Shown piece after piece: positions 38,260-52,967 of a stretch of DNA of 64,000 bases. Both the position numbers and the translations under genes were made by a program. Source of the DNA: Paragordius varius (taxonomy: Eukaryota; Animalia; Nematomorpha); assembly GCA_964247055.1 (NCBI GenBank), contig OZ176052.1, positions 7,626,001-7,690,000 of the forward strand, written 5' to 3'. Below the pieces are notes generated by a model that was not told where the DNA came from, did no database searches, and saw only the letters and a list, made by a program, of their open reading frames with translations. Each line of letters starts with the position of its first letter. The stretch's first letter is position 1.

Positions 38260-41079
38260 CTAATAATTTAACGTTTTTGACTCCTTTCGTACAAAAATAC
38301 CTTTAACTTTCTCACAAAGGTGTTGAACTCGTTTTTTCAAGGCATGACACATCCTAGGATCCACAAATAAGGAAAGGTAAACACACATTGCATTGTTCCC
38401 ATACTTACTGAGGTAGGCTGCATGTTGAAACCACAATTCAAATTTGGATGCAAACGTATCTGTCCAGGGTTGATAGAGAAACATATACACTGTCATAGGT
38501 ATGGTACTTAGGGTAAAATAAACATTTATAGTGGTAAGGAGAATAGTGATTTGAAAGTCTCTCTGTTTAAGCATTCCAAATCTGCCATTAGCAGAAAGAT
38601 TGGTGGCACTTTGACTAGTTTTATCATAATAATTCGCGGACTGGACACCAAATGAGGAAGAAACGCGATTCGAACTAATATCATTCATTGCGCCTGTAAC
38701 AAAACACAAAAGATTGTTAGTCTAAGGTTAGTTTGTGGTTTCATCATCAATAATTGCTTTTTTTAGCTAGTATGTAAAAAACCATATTATATAAAATCAA
38801 TTGTTTTGTTTTAAGATCGTATAAAACCATTTATTATAACTCGCAATGATGTGATAATCTTAATTCAATTAATTTGTTGGCTTATAAGTGGCTTGAAATG
38901 GCTAACTATCACTTGCATCACCGTGGTTATAAAATTTGATATTATAAAAAGCAATTGCAATACTATTGTAATATCCATGGATAATACATGGGAAACACAT
39001 TCAAATAATCTAAAAGTATTAACATATTATAATCGACCCGAATATTTGTGGGTTATTTAGATACAGTTTTTTGTTGTTTTTAAATGACGAGTGAAGCGAA
39101 ACGGGTACCCATGTATTTTAAACTAAAGTTTCATGTGTAAAAGTAATCAACTTAATTAAGTAGAATCTTACTTATCACCGGGATGATGCAAAAATTATTT
39201 AGCCATATCTAATATAGAGTCCAACAAACATAATAAAATTTAATAAAATATGTATCTTACTTAGAAGGTGCTTAAGAAGGACTTGCATCATGCCCCCGTG
39301 CTCAAATCAAAAAGCGTCGGATTATTATAAATATAAATTGTTTTATTTTAACTTTATGGCATGAACAAAGAAATGTCAATGGTTATATGCAATGTTCGGG
39401 GAATGAATGTTTTTTAAAAATTTAGCACTTTTAACCCTATAGATAGAGGATATATGGTATTTTACTACTAATTTATAAATTAGTCTTTAATAACAAAATC
39501 GTTTAAACTTTCAAACAAAATTAAATTTGTTTTTGCAATTATCCATGATATGTATTAAAAAATTATATTTGATATATAAAGAAAGGGATTCCAATTTAGA
39601 GGTCTATATGATGTATTTTGGTGACATAAAATATAATTATTTTTTATACATACAGTAGACAATGTTTCATTTCAAATTATTACTTGAATTGCGCAAAAGG
39701 GGTGTTATATCGGGAGATTTAACGGATGCTTTGTTCCTTTTTCGGGTAACCTCTATAAGGTATTTAAATACAATGATATTACACAACGTTGAAATAACGT
39801 ATGGCATGAACGCTAAGCTAAAATTAGTCCAAATACGATAATCTGGGAACCATTGATGATTGTAATCCTGCATATTGTCATATACTAACCTGATGGGAAT
39901 ATTTAAAATGGTTGTTCCATTTTTTAAAAAGGCGATTGAATTATTATTGACAAAAGAGTTAATTTGGTGCGAAGAGGTGGATAGATTCATACATTTAAAA
40001 GTAGTCGGGAATATATCGCGTTTTTGTATAGTGCATCCAAAATCTTTTTTACCCAATACAAAATTCACTGAGGTCTCGTTAACTTTCAAATGATTTAATT
40101 TCATAAGGAAGTAAGGAGAGACGGGATATTTTAGTGATTCTAGATTACAAACTTTTATAGTGGGTTGGGGTGTTTCCACAAACCCAAAACCATACGGGGC
40201 GGTAAATGCCAGACTCAATCCAAAACTCATTAATATAACGCTTAAGATGAATCGATCTGTCATAACGTTTCGATATGTGTGTGGCGCTTTTATAGCAAAC
40301 ACACGATCCATGGCGGAAAACATGCGAAGCAAATAACTCATATGTGTAAATAGGTCCATAAGAGGAAATCCCACTTTTAAACTATACCATGTAAACGTTT
40401 TCGATTGTCTACATGTATAATAACATGCTTGAAATAAGTACGGTACACATAGGGAATTTAAGGATACCAAGCAATCAGATAATGCAAGCGCTTTTACATA
40501 CAAATAAAGGTCTGATTTATTCCGCCGCCCATGCCTGTTTTGCACGAGAGTTGCCCAATAACCTTTTATACAATTTAGAATATTTTTGTCATTACGTTTG
40601 TAACTTAAATTATCATTTCTAATCACAATTTTCGATTGAGTATGGTTTGATTTCTTATTCCGCACACCTAAATTTATCAGTCCAATCAAACATTTGCAGA
40701 CTTGATCTGAAATGAAGTGTTTGGTTGATTGCTTTCCTGGTTTAGTCGTTGGTATTATTATTCGAGATTGGGAAGTAGATGGTTTAGGTTTTGTACTAGA
40801 ATTTTGGTTATTTCCTGTATCATAAGTTGCTGACATATTGACGAATGATAAACTCCAAAAATAACAAAAATCACCAATAAGCCCAATAATTAACATTAAG
40901 GGCAACATAATTCCATAAGTTAAATCAATTGAATGATACAAATGTGCAGTTGAGGGTGGCGTTTTTAATATAGACAAACTTTTTTCGCTTGAAACACCGT
41001 TGTTTAAGACTGGATTAGGAAAAGAATCATTTATTAACCATAGACATTTATATTTTAGGCTATGTTCCCACCAACCCAT
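38260..41079 (-). CDS. Class A (rhodopsin-like) GPCR, probably FMRFamide/neuropeptide-receptor-like, ~609 aa. Exons 41079-39684, 38693-38260
   Basis: Seven hydrophobic segments; ALALSD (TM2), MDRV (DRY variant), NNAMCVYL (TM7). Phase-1 GT-AG junction; 1830 nt = 610 codons. Confidence 0.88.
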
Positions 41080-41869
41080 TTATTTCCCTTTGTTTTGTTA
41101 TCAATATTTATTCGAGAGTGGAAATATAGTTTATTCTGATAAATAATATTTTTTGAAAAATATTGGCCAAAATTTATAAATAATTAAACACTTTGTAATA
41201 AAAATATATATCTGCACCAAATAATATAGAGATAAAAGTAATAATTATTTATGCTAATAATATTAACCTATTCCACATTATTTATTTTATTTAGCATGAC
41301 TACACGAAATGCTGCTTACTAACAAAAATAAATTTAAATAAAATTAGGAGATAAAATATTCATATAATTAATATTCTTTGTGATAGAGAGTAAATCCCAT
41401 TTGCGGTAAAATAATTCTAAATTATTTTTATTAATTAAGATATGTTTGCGGATGCTTTCCACTATATATATATATATATATATTAAAAACTGGTCCATCA
41501 TCTAATGTTAAAGCCAATGTTTCTTATTTACGATTTTGCAAAAAATAGTACAAAACGAGAAGCGATCCCATTAAATAAGGGGAAAAAACATGTTTTTTCC
41601 GCTATAACTTTCTAGATCTTTATAATTTAATGATTCTGCATTATTTTTTTAAATGGTTATTGATTTTTTAATTCCAGGTAGGTACCATCTATAATTTAAC
41701 ATTCTTCTCTAATTTTTAATGATTGCAGTATGAGCGCAAAAAATATCTCTTGAAATAAGTAAGTGTTAATTTATTTTAATATAATGATTAATTAAAAGTA
41801 ATATACCTTAATTGAATTTAAATTAACACAGTGCACACAAAAAATATCATGACTTAATATATATATATA

Positions 41870-43085
41870 TACTGTATTCAAAAAAAATTTTAACGAAATA
41901 ATTTTTTTTCATGAGATAGCTTATGACCAGCGTAATCATTTGCCGCAAAAATTTTTATTTGTTTATGACCTAGTTTTTGAAATATTGAGAGAAAATCGAA
42001 ATCGGGGAAAACGTGAAAATTAAGTATAATACAAAAATAATGATAAAATTTGAAATATTATAGTTTATTATCATTTTAGGAGATATTTTCAATATCCTAA
42101 TAGCCTCAAATCATATATTTAGGGTTTCTATAAAATCACAGCTCAAAAATTGGCGTTTTTGTTTAAACACACTTAAAAGACAAAAGTTTTTTTACGAAAC
42201 TATATTAAAATAATTTTTTTTAATTATTTACCAGCTAAACTCACTATTAAAATCTTAACATTTATTTTTTATTCAGTAAAAAAACTTATATATTAAAATA
42301 AAACCAAAAAATATTTTTTTATTTTTACATTTTTTGTCATCTGGTTTAAGAGTGTATAAAAATTGTTACAGTTTTATTTTGGATTTCTTACATAAGTTGG
42401 GAATTATGAAGTATTTAATTTATACCAAATGGAACTTAAAAGTAGTGGAATATCAATCAACAATCCGCACAAATCCCAATAAAAATAATTTGTCCTTAAA
42501 CAGACTTGTTAAATGGATTTGTAAGGATTGTTGGTTGAAATTACACTATTTCTAATCCTATTTTGCATAAATTAACTTTACTCGCACTTATATAAAATTC
42601 CAAAATAAAACAGTATAAGTTTTTTATATACTTATAAACTAGATGCTAAAAAAATAAAAAAAAACAATATTTTTTGGTTTTATTTTGATATTAAATAAAA
42701 TGAATGTTGAGATTTTAATAGTGAGTTAAGCTAATAATTAAAAAAAATTTAATATAGTTTCATAAAAAACTTTTTGTCTTTTAAGTGTGTTAAAAAATAA
42801 GCGCCATCTTTTGAGCTGAGAAACTATATGATTTTAGACTATTTATATATTCAAATAATCTCCTAAAATGATAATAAACCATAATATCTCAAGTTTTATC
42901 ATTATTTTTTGAATTATCCCAGATTATCCCTAATTTTCACTTTTTGCCCGATTTCGATTTACTCTTAATATTTCAAAAATTAGGTCGTCAACAAATTAAA
43001 ATTTTTACGACAAATGAACTCGCTGGTCATAAGCTATCTTATAAAAGATTTTTTAAAAAAATTAACCCTCTTTTTTGCACACATG
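41870..43085. repeat. ~1.2-kb foldback element (arms ~41870-42400 and ~42590-43085)
   Basis: Inverted matches, e.g. GATAGCTTATGACCAGCG / CGCTGGTCATAAGCTATC and CACACTTAAAAGACAAAAG / CTTTTTGTCTTTTAAGTGTG. Confidence 0.8.
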
Positions 43086-44222
43086 TATATATTTTGAGGA
43101 TTTTATTGGGTGCTTTTTGCCTTAGGCTTTACGAGGTTATTAAATTAAATATTTACACTTTTTGCGATTGCCAATTCAAAAAATCGTAAAAACAATGCTA
43201 AATAATTTTCTTGGCGAAAGCTGGATGCTTCATTCCAAAAATGATCCAAACATATCATAAGGGATAATTAAAAAACGAATTATTTATATTAAATATGAAG
43301 AACCTATAAAGTCTCAAATTTTCGGAACGTTTAAAATAGGTCGATTTTCAAATTAAAGCAAAATGGATTGCAAAATTCATTTTTGTTACATCAAAAAAGT
43401 TATTTTTGAAAAATATATACTTGATTGTAAAAATTTTAACGAAATTTTATTAAAGCGAATGATATTATCAAGCATTTAGGAAACGGTGTAATGATATTAT
43501 AAACACACCTTTTTGATAAAAATTCGTTGAACGTTGATTTTTAATTTAAAATGTGTTTTGCTTAAAATTAAAGATTATATGCAAAATGTTTATATTTTAT
43601 ACGATCTATAACTATTTAATTAATAATCGATTTAATCAATAATCTCAGGTATTTTTATCATTCAATCTCGGTATTTTAGCGTTTATTTTAATCAAACAAG
43701 GCAATTTTAGAGGATGTAAATGAGAGAGACTTTAAATATATCTTTGCTTTTTAATAATAGTTTATTATATTGTAATGATTATTTTTTTATGCTTTCCTCA
43801 AAAATTTTTTTGGCATAAAATGCACTTTTGCGATTTCTCATCATGAAGCAATCAACTTAAAAGTGTAGATAACTAGCATAATGAAGCATTATGAGAATCC
43901 CTTTATATTTATCTTTTAGAATATATGTATACAAAATCAGCAGGATATATCTTGCGAATTATGTGCAATGTTAATGATAATAAAATAACAATAATCTCAT
44001 ATATGCTTATTACCATATTTTGGGGTAGTTGGCTAGAAATTAAGTAAAATTGTGTTTTTAAAAATGCGCACTAGCGCTCAAATTTTTAAATTAAAATTAT
44101 GTGATGTAGAAACTGTTAGCGGCATTGTGGAGAAATATTTAAAGAGTTCGATAGTTTCAGGCCTATATTTAATAAAAATTCGTGTCTTTTTGGCCTCATA
44201 GAAGAAATTGACTCCTTTTTTT

Positions 44223-44224
<2 letters not shown>

Positions 44225-44257
<33 letters not shown>
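44225..44257. repeat. (TA)n microsatellite (others at ~10732-10757, 24985-25012, 41462-41482)
   Basis: Direct inspection. Confidence 0.9.
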
Positions 44258-44260
<3 letters not shown>

Positions 44261-47200
44261 TTTCGAATATTAAATTCATTTTTGATGAGATGCGGGAATG
44301 TGCCATAAATTTAGGTAAATATAAGCAGTTTCCACAAAATAATCTAAAAAAATATATATTCTGATAAATAAATGCATCGGAATTCTCATGGTGCTATTGA
44401 TTTTGAGACTTTTATTGGTTGAAGAAAGTTATTTAGACTTCAGTAGTAATTGCTCGATAGCAATATAATGCTAAATTTGCGCAGATATTGTTAAGTATTC
44501 TTTTGATGAAAGTTATATACTTCATTCCAAAAATATATAACTAAAAACACATATAAAAAACAACCTAAGAAATTTTATAAATGTGAACGTCTGAAATTGT
44601 TAATTTTTGACATCAAAAAGTTTTTCGAAAAAATAATATTTGGCATGAAAATTTAATTTATAGCGACATTTTGGAGAAGTGAAATTTTGTTAATTTTTTC
44701 AAATATGAGCCGCGTAAAAGCGTAGGAAGGCGGTAAGGGTCGTCCTGTGCGGACAGTGACGGTATGGAGCAAGCCTGTCACACCCTTTTCTGGATACCTG
44801 GATAGTGGAAATGGTATAAAAAACTTTATTTTATAAAAAAATTTTATATATGAATCAATGATGTTGATCATTTAGAATTTAAATTTAAATGTTTGTTTCA
44901 ATGAATTTGTAAAAAGATGATATCTATACAATGATTTGGAAAACAACATATTTTAATTGAAACTCGGAGGTGATAGAAATGTTCAAAATCATCAAATTAT
45001 AAGGAAAAGATGTTTTTATAAATGCATTTTATGCCATTTCCATCATGCGTCAAAATAGCATGATGTATGTATGCTACAACAAACATTTGCTAAAAATTAT
45101 TTTTTTAAACAATATATGCATTTTTTCAAAGAAATGTTTTTTTGTTCCTTAATCTAGCATCATCTCGTTTCTCATGAAATCTCTGGTTTATTGTGAATAT
45201 CCCATTTGAGAGGGCATTTGTTTCGTGGACCATCTCTAAAAATTAAAGTTTTATAAAAATATTGTTATTGTTTTTTTTCAGTTTATCATATATTTTAATG
45301 ATTTTGAAGAAGCATTTAGCTTTTAACAAATGATTTTATTATCCATAGAGTAAACACCACAAAAGTGCAAGATTAATGCATCCTTCGTAATACCTAAAAC
45401 ATTTATCTATCAGTATATACATCTTCAAGACATTATTCATGCATCCCGATTTCTTGCGCAGATTATGGGAAATTTAATATCAGTGCTTTAAGACTCTTGA
45501 TTAATTGGAATAACACAATTTTTTGGGGTAGTTGTATATCCCATTGCCTCTAAAATTTTAATATCCTAAAAAGTATTTAAGATATTAGGTGGAATTTAAA
45601 AATATGCTTTCTTTAGTCTTTTATGAAAATTCTACAATTTTTAAATGTAAAACTATAATATCCCCATCTCAAACTTTTCAGCCGTCATTTTTTTATATAT
45701 TTTTTTCGCTAATAATTTAATAATGTATTAAACTTTAAGAAGAATTTAAGCTACATTCTACCAGCAAAAACTTGATTATAATTTTATAATAGCTCTTTGT
45801 TTCAATCGTGCTTTGGAGCTGTCTCAATTTTAGACTCTAGAAGTCACAAAACTGTAAAAATATAAGCTTTTTTATCTAATACATGAAAATAATGACTTTA
45901 TCTTAAATAATTTTAACCGTAGTTTATTTACGAAATTGAGATTTGGGATGTGAAAAATTATTACGGATTGTATGGAAATCTGAACTAAAAGGTTTTATTT
46001 AAATTAATTTTTTTTATAATAATTAGAAATTAGTCTAGATTTATTTGAAAAAGTTAACAGAGTGCAATCAGAACCACGCGATAGGTGTAATATTCAATTA
46101 ATTTTGTATATACTTATCTGTATGTGAATAAAATATATAACGTTATGTCATTTTAAATCAAATGTTTACATAACATTACACAAACTTTATAAAAAATAAT
46201 TAATAATTATATTAGACCAAATACATTTTTAATCATAGAACTGGTAATTTCCTATTTTTTCTATAATGAAAGGTAAAAATTTTGAGTCTCTTGGGAAATT
46301 TATCCAATATAACCAAAAAATACCGAATTTTACCGAAACCTTAAATTAATGTAATATTCCAGCATTAAGAATCAATCAAACAATAATTAGAAAACCATTT
46401 ATAGCAGTCAAAATTCGCATAAGTAAGTCTTAAATTAAACCATTTAAAAATAATCGAAATATAATATTAATTCTTAGGGATAAATTAATAGGCTCTGAAT
46501 GCTTTACGATCGCCAGTTTTTGTATAGAACAGAAACTGTTGTTGGTTTCAATCAATTTTTGCCAAAATACCGGTTTATTGTTTTCAAACGATTCTAATTT
46601 CGGCTTCCATGCAATTTTTAAGGATAATTTTGATACAATGTAGATAACAAATATATAAGCATATAAATATAAAATACAAAATGCCGCTTTTTAAAAATTA
46701 AAATTGAAATAAAATAGAAAAAAATTAAGGTTCATCCCTATGAGAAAATTTTAAACAATTATATTTTTAGAGTTTTTCGGAACTGCGGTTCATTAAAATG
46801 GTTCTGGTACCGTTTTGGAAATTTTTTAGTTTCAAAATAATAAAAAGAAAAATAGTTTTGGTTCCCAAAAAAAGTTCCAATTCCTGATAATATATGCATG
46901 AGAAAAAATAGAAAGTTAATTAGTATTTATGAGCGAAAACCTCAGAATGGATTAATTTCTGCGAAAGACTGCTTTCATACAGTTACACCGGTGTTAATAA
47001 TTTAAAGGTCGAAAATACCCTAACTATAGGCATATCTAATTTCATATCGCGAATTGAAATACTACCTAATATATTCATTTTAAGAGTTTGATCATTTTTC
47101 AGAAAATTTATTCAATGTATAATATTTTCACTTTACTTTAACGATCCCATCATTTTTTTTATAATTTTAACCCACATAGTTTTTGCCAATGAACATGTAT

Positions 47201-47430
47201 TTTCTTATATTATTTATTAGTGATAATCCTGTTAACGATACTGATGTGCCTAATTAAATATAAATTAGTTTTTCTAACACGGTAATTAGTCTATAAAAAT
47301 AATTTGTTTGAAACGGGCCATTTTTAATGAATAAACAATAATAATAATAATAACTTTGATGAGAATGCAGTTTTTACCACCATACTTTCTTTTGTTAAAT
47401 GTGAGTTAATATTATCTTTATCACCCCATA

Positions 47431-50400
47431 ATGCCAAAAACATTACCATATTGCCATTTACTCACCCTAAATATTATAGTTATGGCGTTTTCAGTATCAA
47501 TTAATAACAGTTTAGGCACTGACCCTATTGTCCCCCAAAAAACAGTTCGACGTTTCGCAAGTAGGTCAGAAACATTCCCAAAGGAATTTCTTTTTAAACG
47601 TGGAGACGTTATGTTTGGGGGTCTTTTCCAAGTCTACAATCCATCACCCAATTGGGCCAATTTATGTAGTAACATAATTAATATTGATTGGGTGGAAATC
47701 GTTTATTCGGCAGTGTATGCTTTGGAAACTATGGAATCGTATACTATGAAACCCTATAATTTAACAGTTGGTTATTTATTTCTGCCCACGTGTGGCACAG
47801 CTACTACAGCATTAGTAATTTCTTTTTTTATTTTTACATGTCAAGTTTAATTTTATATTTAAAATTTTTATTTTGAGTTAATCCATGTTACATTCAAGTT
47901 TGACCTTTTTGAAAATGACTGACAATAATGTCTACAAATTAATTTCAGGAGATTTAGAATTGATGTTATCCAATTTAAATGGGAATGACAAAATGCATTT
48001 ATTTTTCTAAAATAAAATTTATAAATATAATATGTATTTCCCAAAGATGATGTAAAATAATTAATACAGTTATATTAAATTAATTTGGGAATCAGAAATT
48101 TGGGAAAATAATAATTAATTAATGATGGGTTAATGAATAAATGGGTATAATACTATAAATATTCTCCATATGTGTGCAATATCTAAATTATTGAAGTTTT
48201 TTTCAATTACGGTAAAAGATAAAAGTTAAAGAGTTTTAACCCAATTGATTTTAATTTGACCTAAAAATCTGACGAATAGTAAAAATCGCCATATGGGCAT
48301 TACATTAAGTTTTAAATAGATTTTATATTTTTAAACGTCCGTTGAGTTCCCTTTATAATCAAATTAATGGCGTACGTTTATAGTGCAGGGTATGATCCCG
48401 GACAGGAATGTCCAACATACTTTTTTCGGTACGCAAAAATGCTCTAAAAAATGTTAAAAAAATAAAAATTAGATTTCAATCAAAAATTTACGATTATTTA
48501 GAAGATATATTATTCAAAATTGGGCTTAAAATAAATGAAAAAACCAAAAATTATAAAAGCAGCCGGGAAGATATTTGTGTCGAACACCCCTGTTCTGGGA
48601 TAAATGTTTCTTTTTAAAATAAACGGATAATTATTTTTTATATTTTCACAATCTCAACTCGGCACATCCCTATTATAAGAAAAAATTAACAGTTAGTCTC
48701 GTTTTCCTTTTTATATTGAAGGATAAAGACTTAAATTGTATCATGATTCGTGAAAGCTTTAACATGCGCCTGGCCAGGGCTGACAGTAATGATGGAAAAA
48801 TAGCTCAGTCGTAGGCTTCGAATCCGGCACTCTATACACACAGTGTATTAGTCCGGTAACCTACTTACAATACAATCAGGCCTTCTCAGTACATGTTAAA
48901 AATAATAAACTTACGCCCATAACCATGTGCTGATTTTACCTTAATTTTTTTCAAAACAATCATAAATTATAAACTAAGCCTAAGAGTGTCTTTATAAGAA
49001 ATAAAAAATCAAATTAGGCCAAACTAATTCTTGTTCTTAAAATTTAGGCAGGAAATGATTTGTTTGATTCTTATGTTATTATTAAACTACTCATTTAGAT
49101 TCAGAGCATCAATTTGGTCAACTTGGGAAAGCAACTAAATATCCGCTATACAGCTATCATAGGACCGTATTTGAGTAATGAAGTTGAAAAGGTTTCGCCA
49201 TTTCTTCGTTTCCATCATTTGGTACAAATAAGTCCAACTGCAAACTCGGAAACAATTTTTGCATCTAAAAGGTATCTAAATCGTTGATTAAACTAACAGT
49301 GTGTCCACTAAAACGATTTTATATATTCTGATAGGAAATTTTATCAGGATATCATGCTTTGTTTGCCATTACGAGTAATTAAGTTATTTATCTTTTCTGA
49401 TAACTGCTCCATCTCAAAAATGGCAAAATTTAGGGACAGACATTTTTATAAATATATTTTTTGGTGAAAGCTAAATCTTCATTCCAAATATATCACTAAA
49501 ATATAACATAAACTCTTAAAAAACAAAATAATATTTTATCATTGAATTTTTAAATGTGGCCTCCGAAACTGCTAGTTCTCTTAAAAAACGCAAAAATGCC
49601 GAGATTGCGGGAAAAAATTTAAATATATGCTAAATTTTGATTTCAGAGTTACTTCCGAAAAAAAGGATATTTTGCTTAAAATTAAATTTATAGCAAATTT
49701 GTTGAAGCGTACTTCATACCATATTGAGGCAGCACGTTGATAAGGTGTAAAAACGGTTTAAGCGATTATAAAAACACTTTTTTATTTATTTCAGTGATGC
49801 TGAACATTTCTATCTGGAATTTTTGTTAAAATATTCGTATGTGTTAAAATCTGTGTTAGATATAAATTGGTTTTCACAAAATTTCCCCAAATTGAAAGCA
49901 GATGAATCTTTAATTTCCTGAGGTGATAGAATTGTTCGGCATCATCAAATTATGTAGAAAGGTTTTAATAGATAGTATCTTAAAGTGTTTTTATACCGTT
50001 TTCATCATGCCTCAAAATTGTGAAGTATGCTTCAAAAAATTTTGCTTTAAATTAAATTTAATAGTTGTTTTTTCGGATAAAAATTTTTTTTAGTCAAAAA
50101 TCAGCATATAAATTTTTTATCGCGCAATCTCGGGATGTGTGAGTTTATTTTAATAAGCTAGCCTATTTTAGGAGCGAAAAAATTCAGATTTTCGAATTCC
50201 ACATCTAAAAATTAAAATAATATAAAAATATTGCTACGCTTTTTATATGTTGTAGTTGATGGTATATTTTAGTGATATTTTTTGAAATGAGTATTTGGCT
50301 TTCTCCAAAAAAAACTTAAACAAAATATCAAAATCGGCCATTCTCTGATATGGACTTAGCACCTATATGACTTTCTTAAATCATTCGTAGGGCTAAAACT

Positions 50401-52967
50401 AAAAGCACCATGATAATTCTACATTTTCCTATAAGAATATATATTACCAGGATTTTTCAACACTCCGATTTCGGACGCAGTTTAAATAAAGGTTATTTAA
50501 TTTTACGGTTTACATGCTAAATTACAAATATTTATTTAAAATTGAAGGCTTTTAAATACTGTACTAATTATTAAAAAACTGTAAAATTTTTGTTATAATT
50601 TACGCATAGTTATGATCACGTCTTTTCGTACCTCACTCCACAAGATGAGTTTATCAAAGCTTTATTAAGACTAATCGCCTATTTTGATTGGAATAGGATA
50701 GCTGTGCTGTATAATGATCGTCAATTTAATTTAAATTATAAATTATTCCTAAATGAAAATTTGCATTACAGCAAAGTTTGCCTAACATTTATAAAACTAA
50801 CACGAAAACCATCAAACCATCCTCTTTGGCAATCTCGACTCAACGCTATTATGAACGAAGATAAACCAACAGTTTTTATCTTGTTTCTTGATTACCAACA
50901 ATTCATTGATATGTTTACTTTTGTGAAAAATAATGGTTATAGAAAGAATATCATATTTTTGATTCCAGATATAAGAGATTACGAACGGGAATGGATGACC
51001 AGTGGTTTGCAAGATATTTTTCAAGGCTCAATCTACCTTTTTGTTAATTCGACACTAAATAAACACTTTTACAAATGGATGGAACAATCTAATTTTAAAC
51101 ATCCTTGGTTCACCTTTTGGAAGCAGGGTGAATTCACCAGAGTGTTTAGGCCTAAATACTATCATTTACACATTAGAAATTTCAATGAATTACAAATTGG
51201 ATATACCATAAATTCTATTCAAATTTTAATGAATGCCATAGTTACATACATAAGGCAGGATTGCGTCAATAAATTTGATCGTCTTGAAGTCTTAAGCTGT
51301 TTGAAGCTTCTAAATTTGGAGCAGTTATTGATTGATACCAAACCATATTTTTATAATTTTAAAACAATAAAAAAGGGCAATGCATCCAACTTTGTAAGCC
51401 ATAACATTGAACTTGGAAATTTCATAAGCATGACAAATCCATTGTCACAAACCGCAGAATACATTTTTCGAGACGTTGGATTTTATTCAGTGTATACGGA
51501 GAAAATTAGTGTCAATAAACCGTTTATATGGTATAATAACATAACTTACATAAATAAAAAATCGAGTCCGGATGCTAGATGTAGTTCGCCCTGCAAACCA
51601 TATCAATATCAAATACCGACAGAACTCAAATGTTGCTGGAAATGTGGAAACTGTCGGTTTGATGAATTACATGCTGTAACAAATATTTCTCACCCATGTA
51701 TAAAGTGTTCACCAGGTATGGCTTCTTCATACTTTATATTTAAGCAACCGTTTTCCGATCGCGCGGTGAAACCAAATCTATCATATTTACTTATAGAACC
51801 TAAATGTTTGCCCGTACCTAAAGTTTTTCTTCACACCATGTATCCGATAAAAACGTTGTTAACCAAAATTATGGTTGGTTTGGGTGTGCCGGGACTTACA
51901 TTGTTTACAATATATTACATAATTTATCACAACACTTGGATCTTTGCCATTGAGTTACAATACATCTTTATGGTTCAACTTTTGAGTTTGGGCATTGGAT
52001 ACATTGCTATAATATTGATATTGATGCCACCAAATAAATTTATTTGTAAAATAGCTCATTTTCTTTATCAAACGAGTTGGATGAATTTACTGATATCCGG
52101 TTGCCATCGATTACAATTCACATTGTACAAAGTACATCCGGTGAAACGTCAAAAACTTTCTACAATTCTCGATACACTTAAATATTCCTTTTTAGTGCAA
52201 ACCGGGATACAGGTATTTTTTATTTTTGAACAATAATTATATTTTTAAGATTATATAAAATTTTACAAATTATTGGACGTTTGAAAAGTCGATTTAGGAT
52301 TATATAATTTAAGAAATATATATATTTATTTAACATTTATAAAAAATGCTAGTTAATCAACACAATAAAGCAATATGTAATATTTAAACTTAATAACTAA
52401 AAACCCTGCCTTTTAGAGTCATCGTTAATTTACCAATTTTTAATTATATGCATTTTGTTTTGGCTAGGATTTATTGCAGATACATTCTAAGATTCTGTCA
52501 ATTTTGAAAGGATTTGAACAAATAAAATTTAAAATATTTAGATTCTGCTCACCTTAGTTTTCGTTGTTTATGGGACAGACTTCTATTCCAAAATAAGTGG
52601 TCACCAGTATCCTCCAGATCATACTACATTTGTTACAATGGAAGAAATTTGTTTGCCTTTTGCCTATGAATATTCCTATTATGCTATTCAAATGACATTG
52701 CAATTATTTTACGTTGTAATCTACATGTACCTGGGCTGCAAACTTTGGAATTATCGGATAGCTTTTAGAGACATTAATATTTTATTGATCACAATGATTC
52801 TAATTCTTATTTTATATGCATGTTCCTTAGTGCTATATCTTACATTCGATATAATCCCCAACGTTATATTCTTTGTACTAATATATAGTTTCATCCTTAA
52901 CGTTAAATTATTTTGTTATATGTATTCCAAAATTCTATCTTTAGCCTTCACACTGGTAAATGCTTAA
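47431..52967 (+). CDS. Class C GPCR (mGluR/CaSR/T1R-like architecture, orphan), ~861 aa. Exons 47431-47814, 49099-49271, 50610-52212, 52542-52967
   Basis: Signal peptide, GDVMFGGLFQV, IIGPYLS...QISPTANS Venus-flytrap motifs, nine-cysteine domain (C...C...CCWKCGNC...CIKC...C), then 7TM. 2586 nt = 862 codons. Confidence 0.9.
48745..48882 (-). mobile_element. tRNA-derived SINE copy 2 (class C GPCR intron 1)
   Basis: Same body as copy 1 (GCTTTAACA...CCAGGGCTGACAG..ATGATGGAAAAA on the + strand). Confidence 0.7.

Noticed and set aside
51716-51796. 81-nt in-frame GT-AG segment in the class C GPCR cysteine-rich domain as a hidden intron
   Set aside because: Neither retention (C-x32-C) nor removal (C-x5-C) gives canonical spacing; left as coding pending cDNA.
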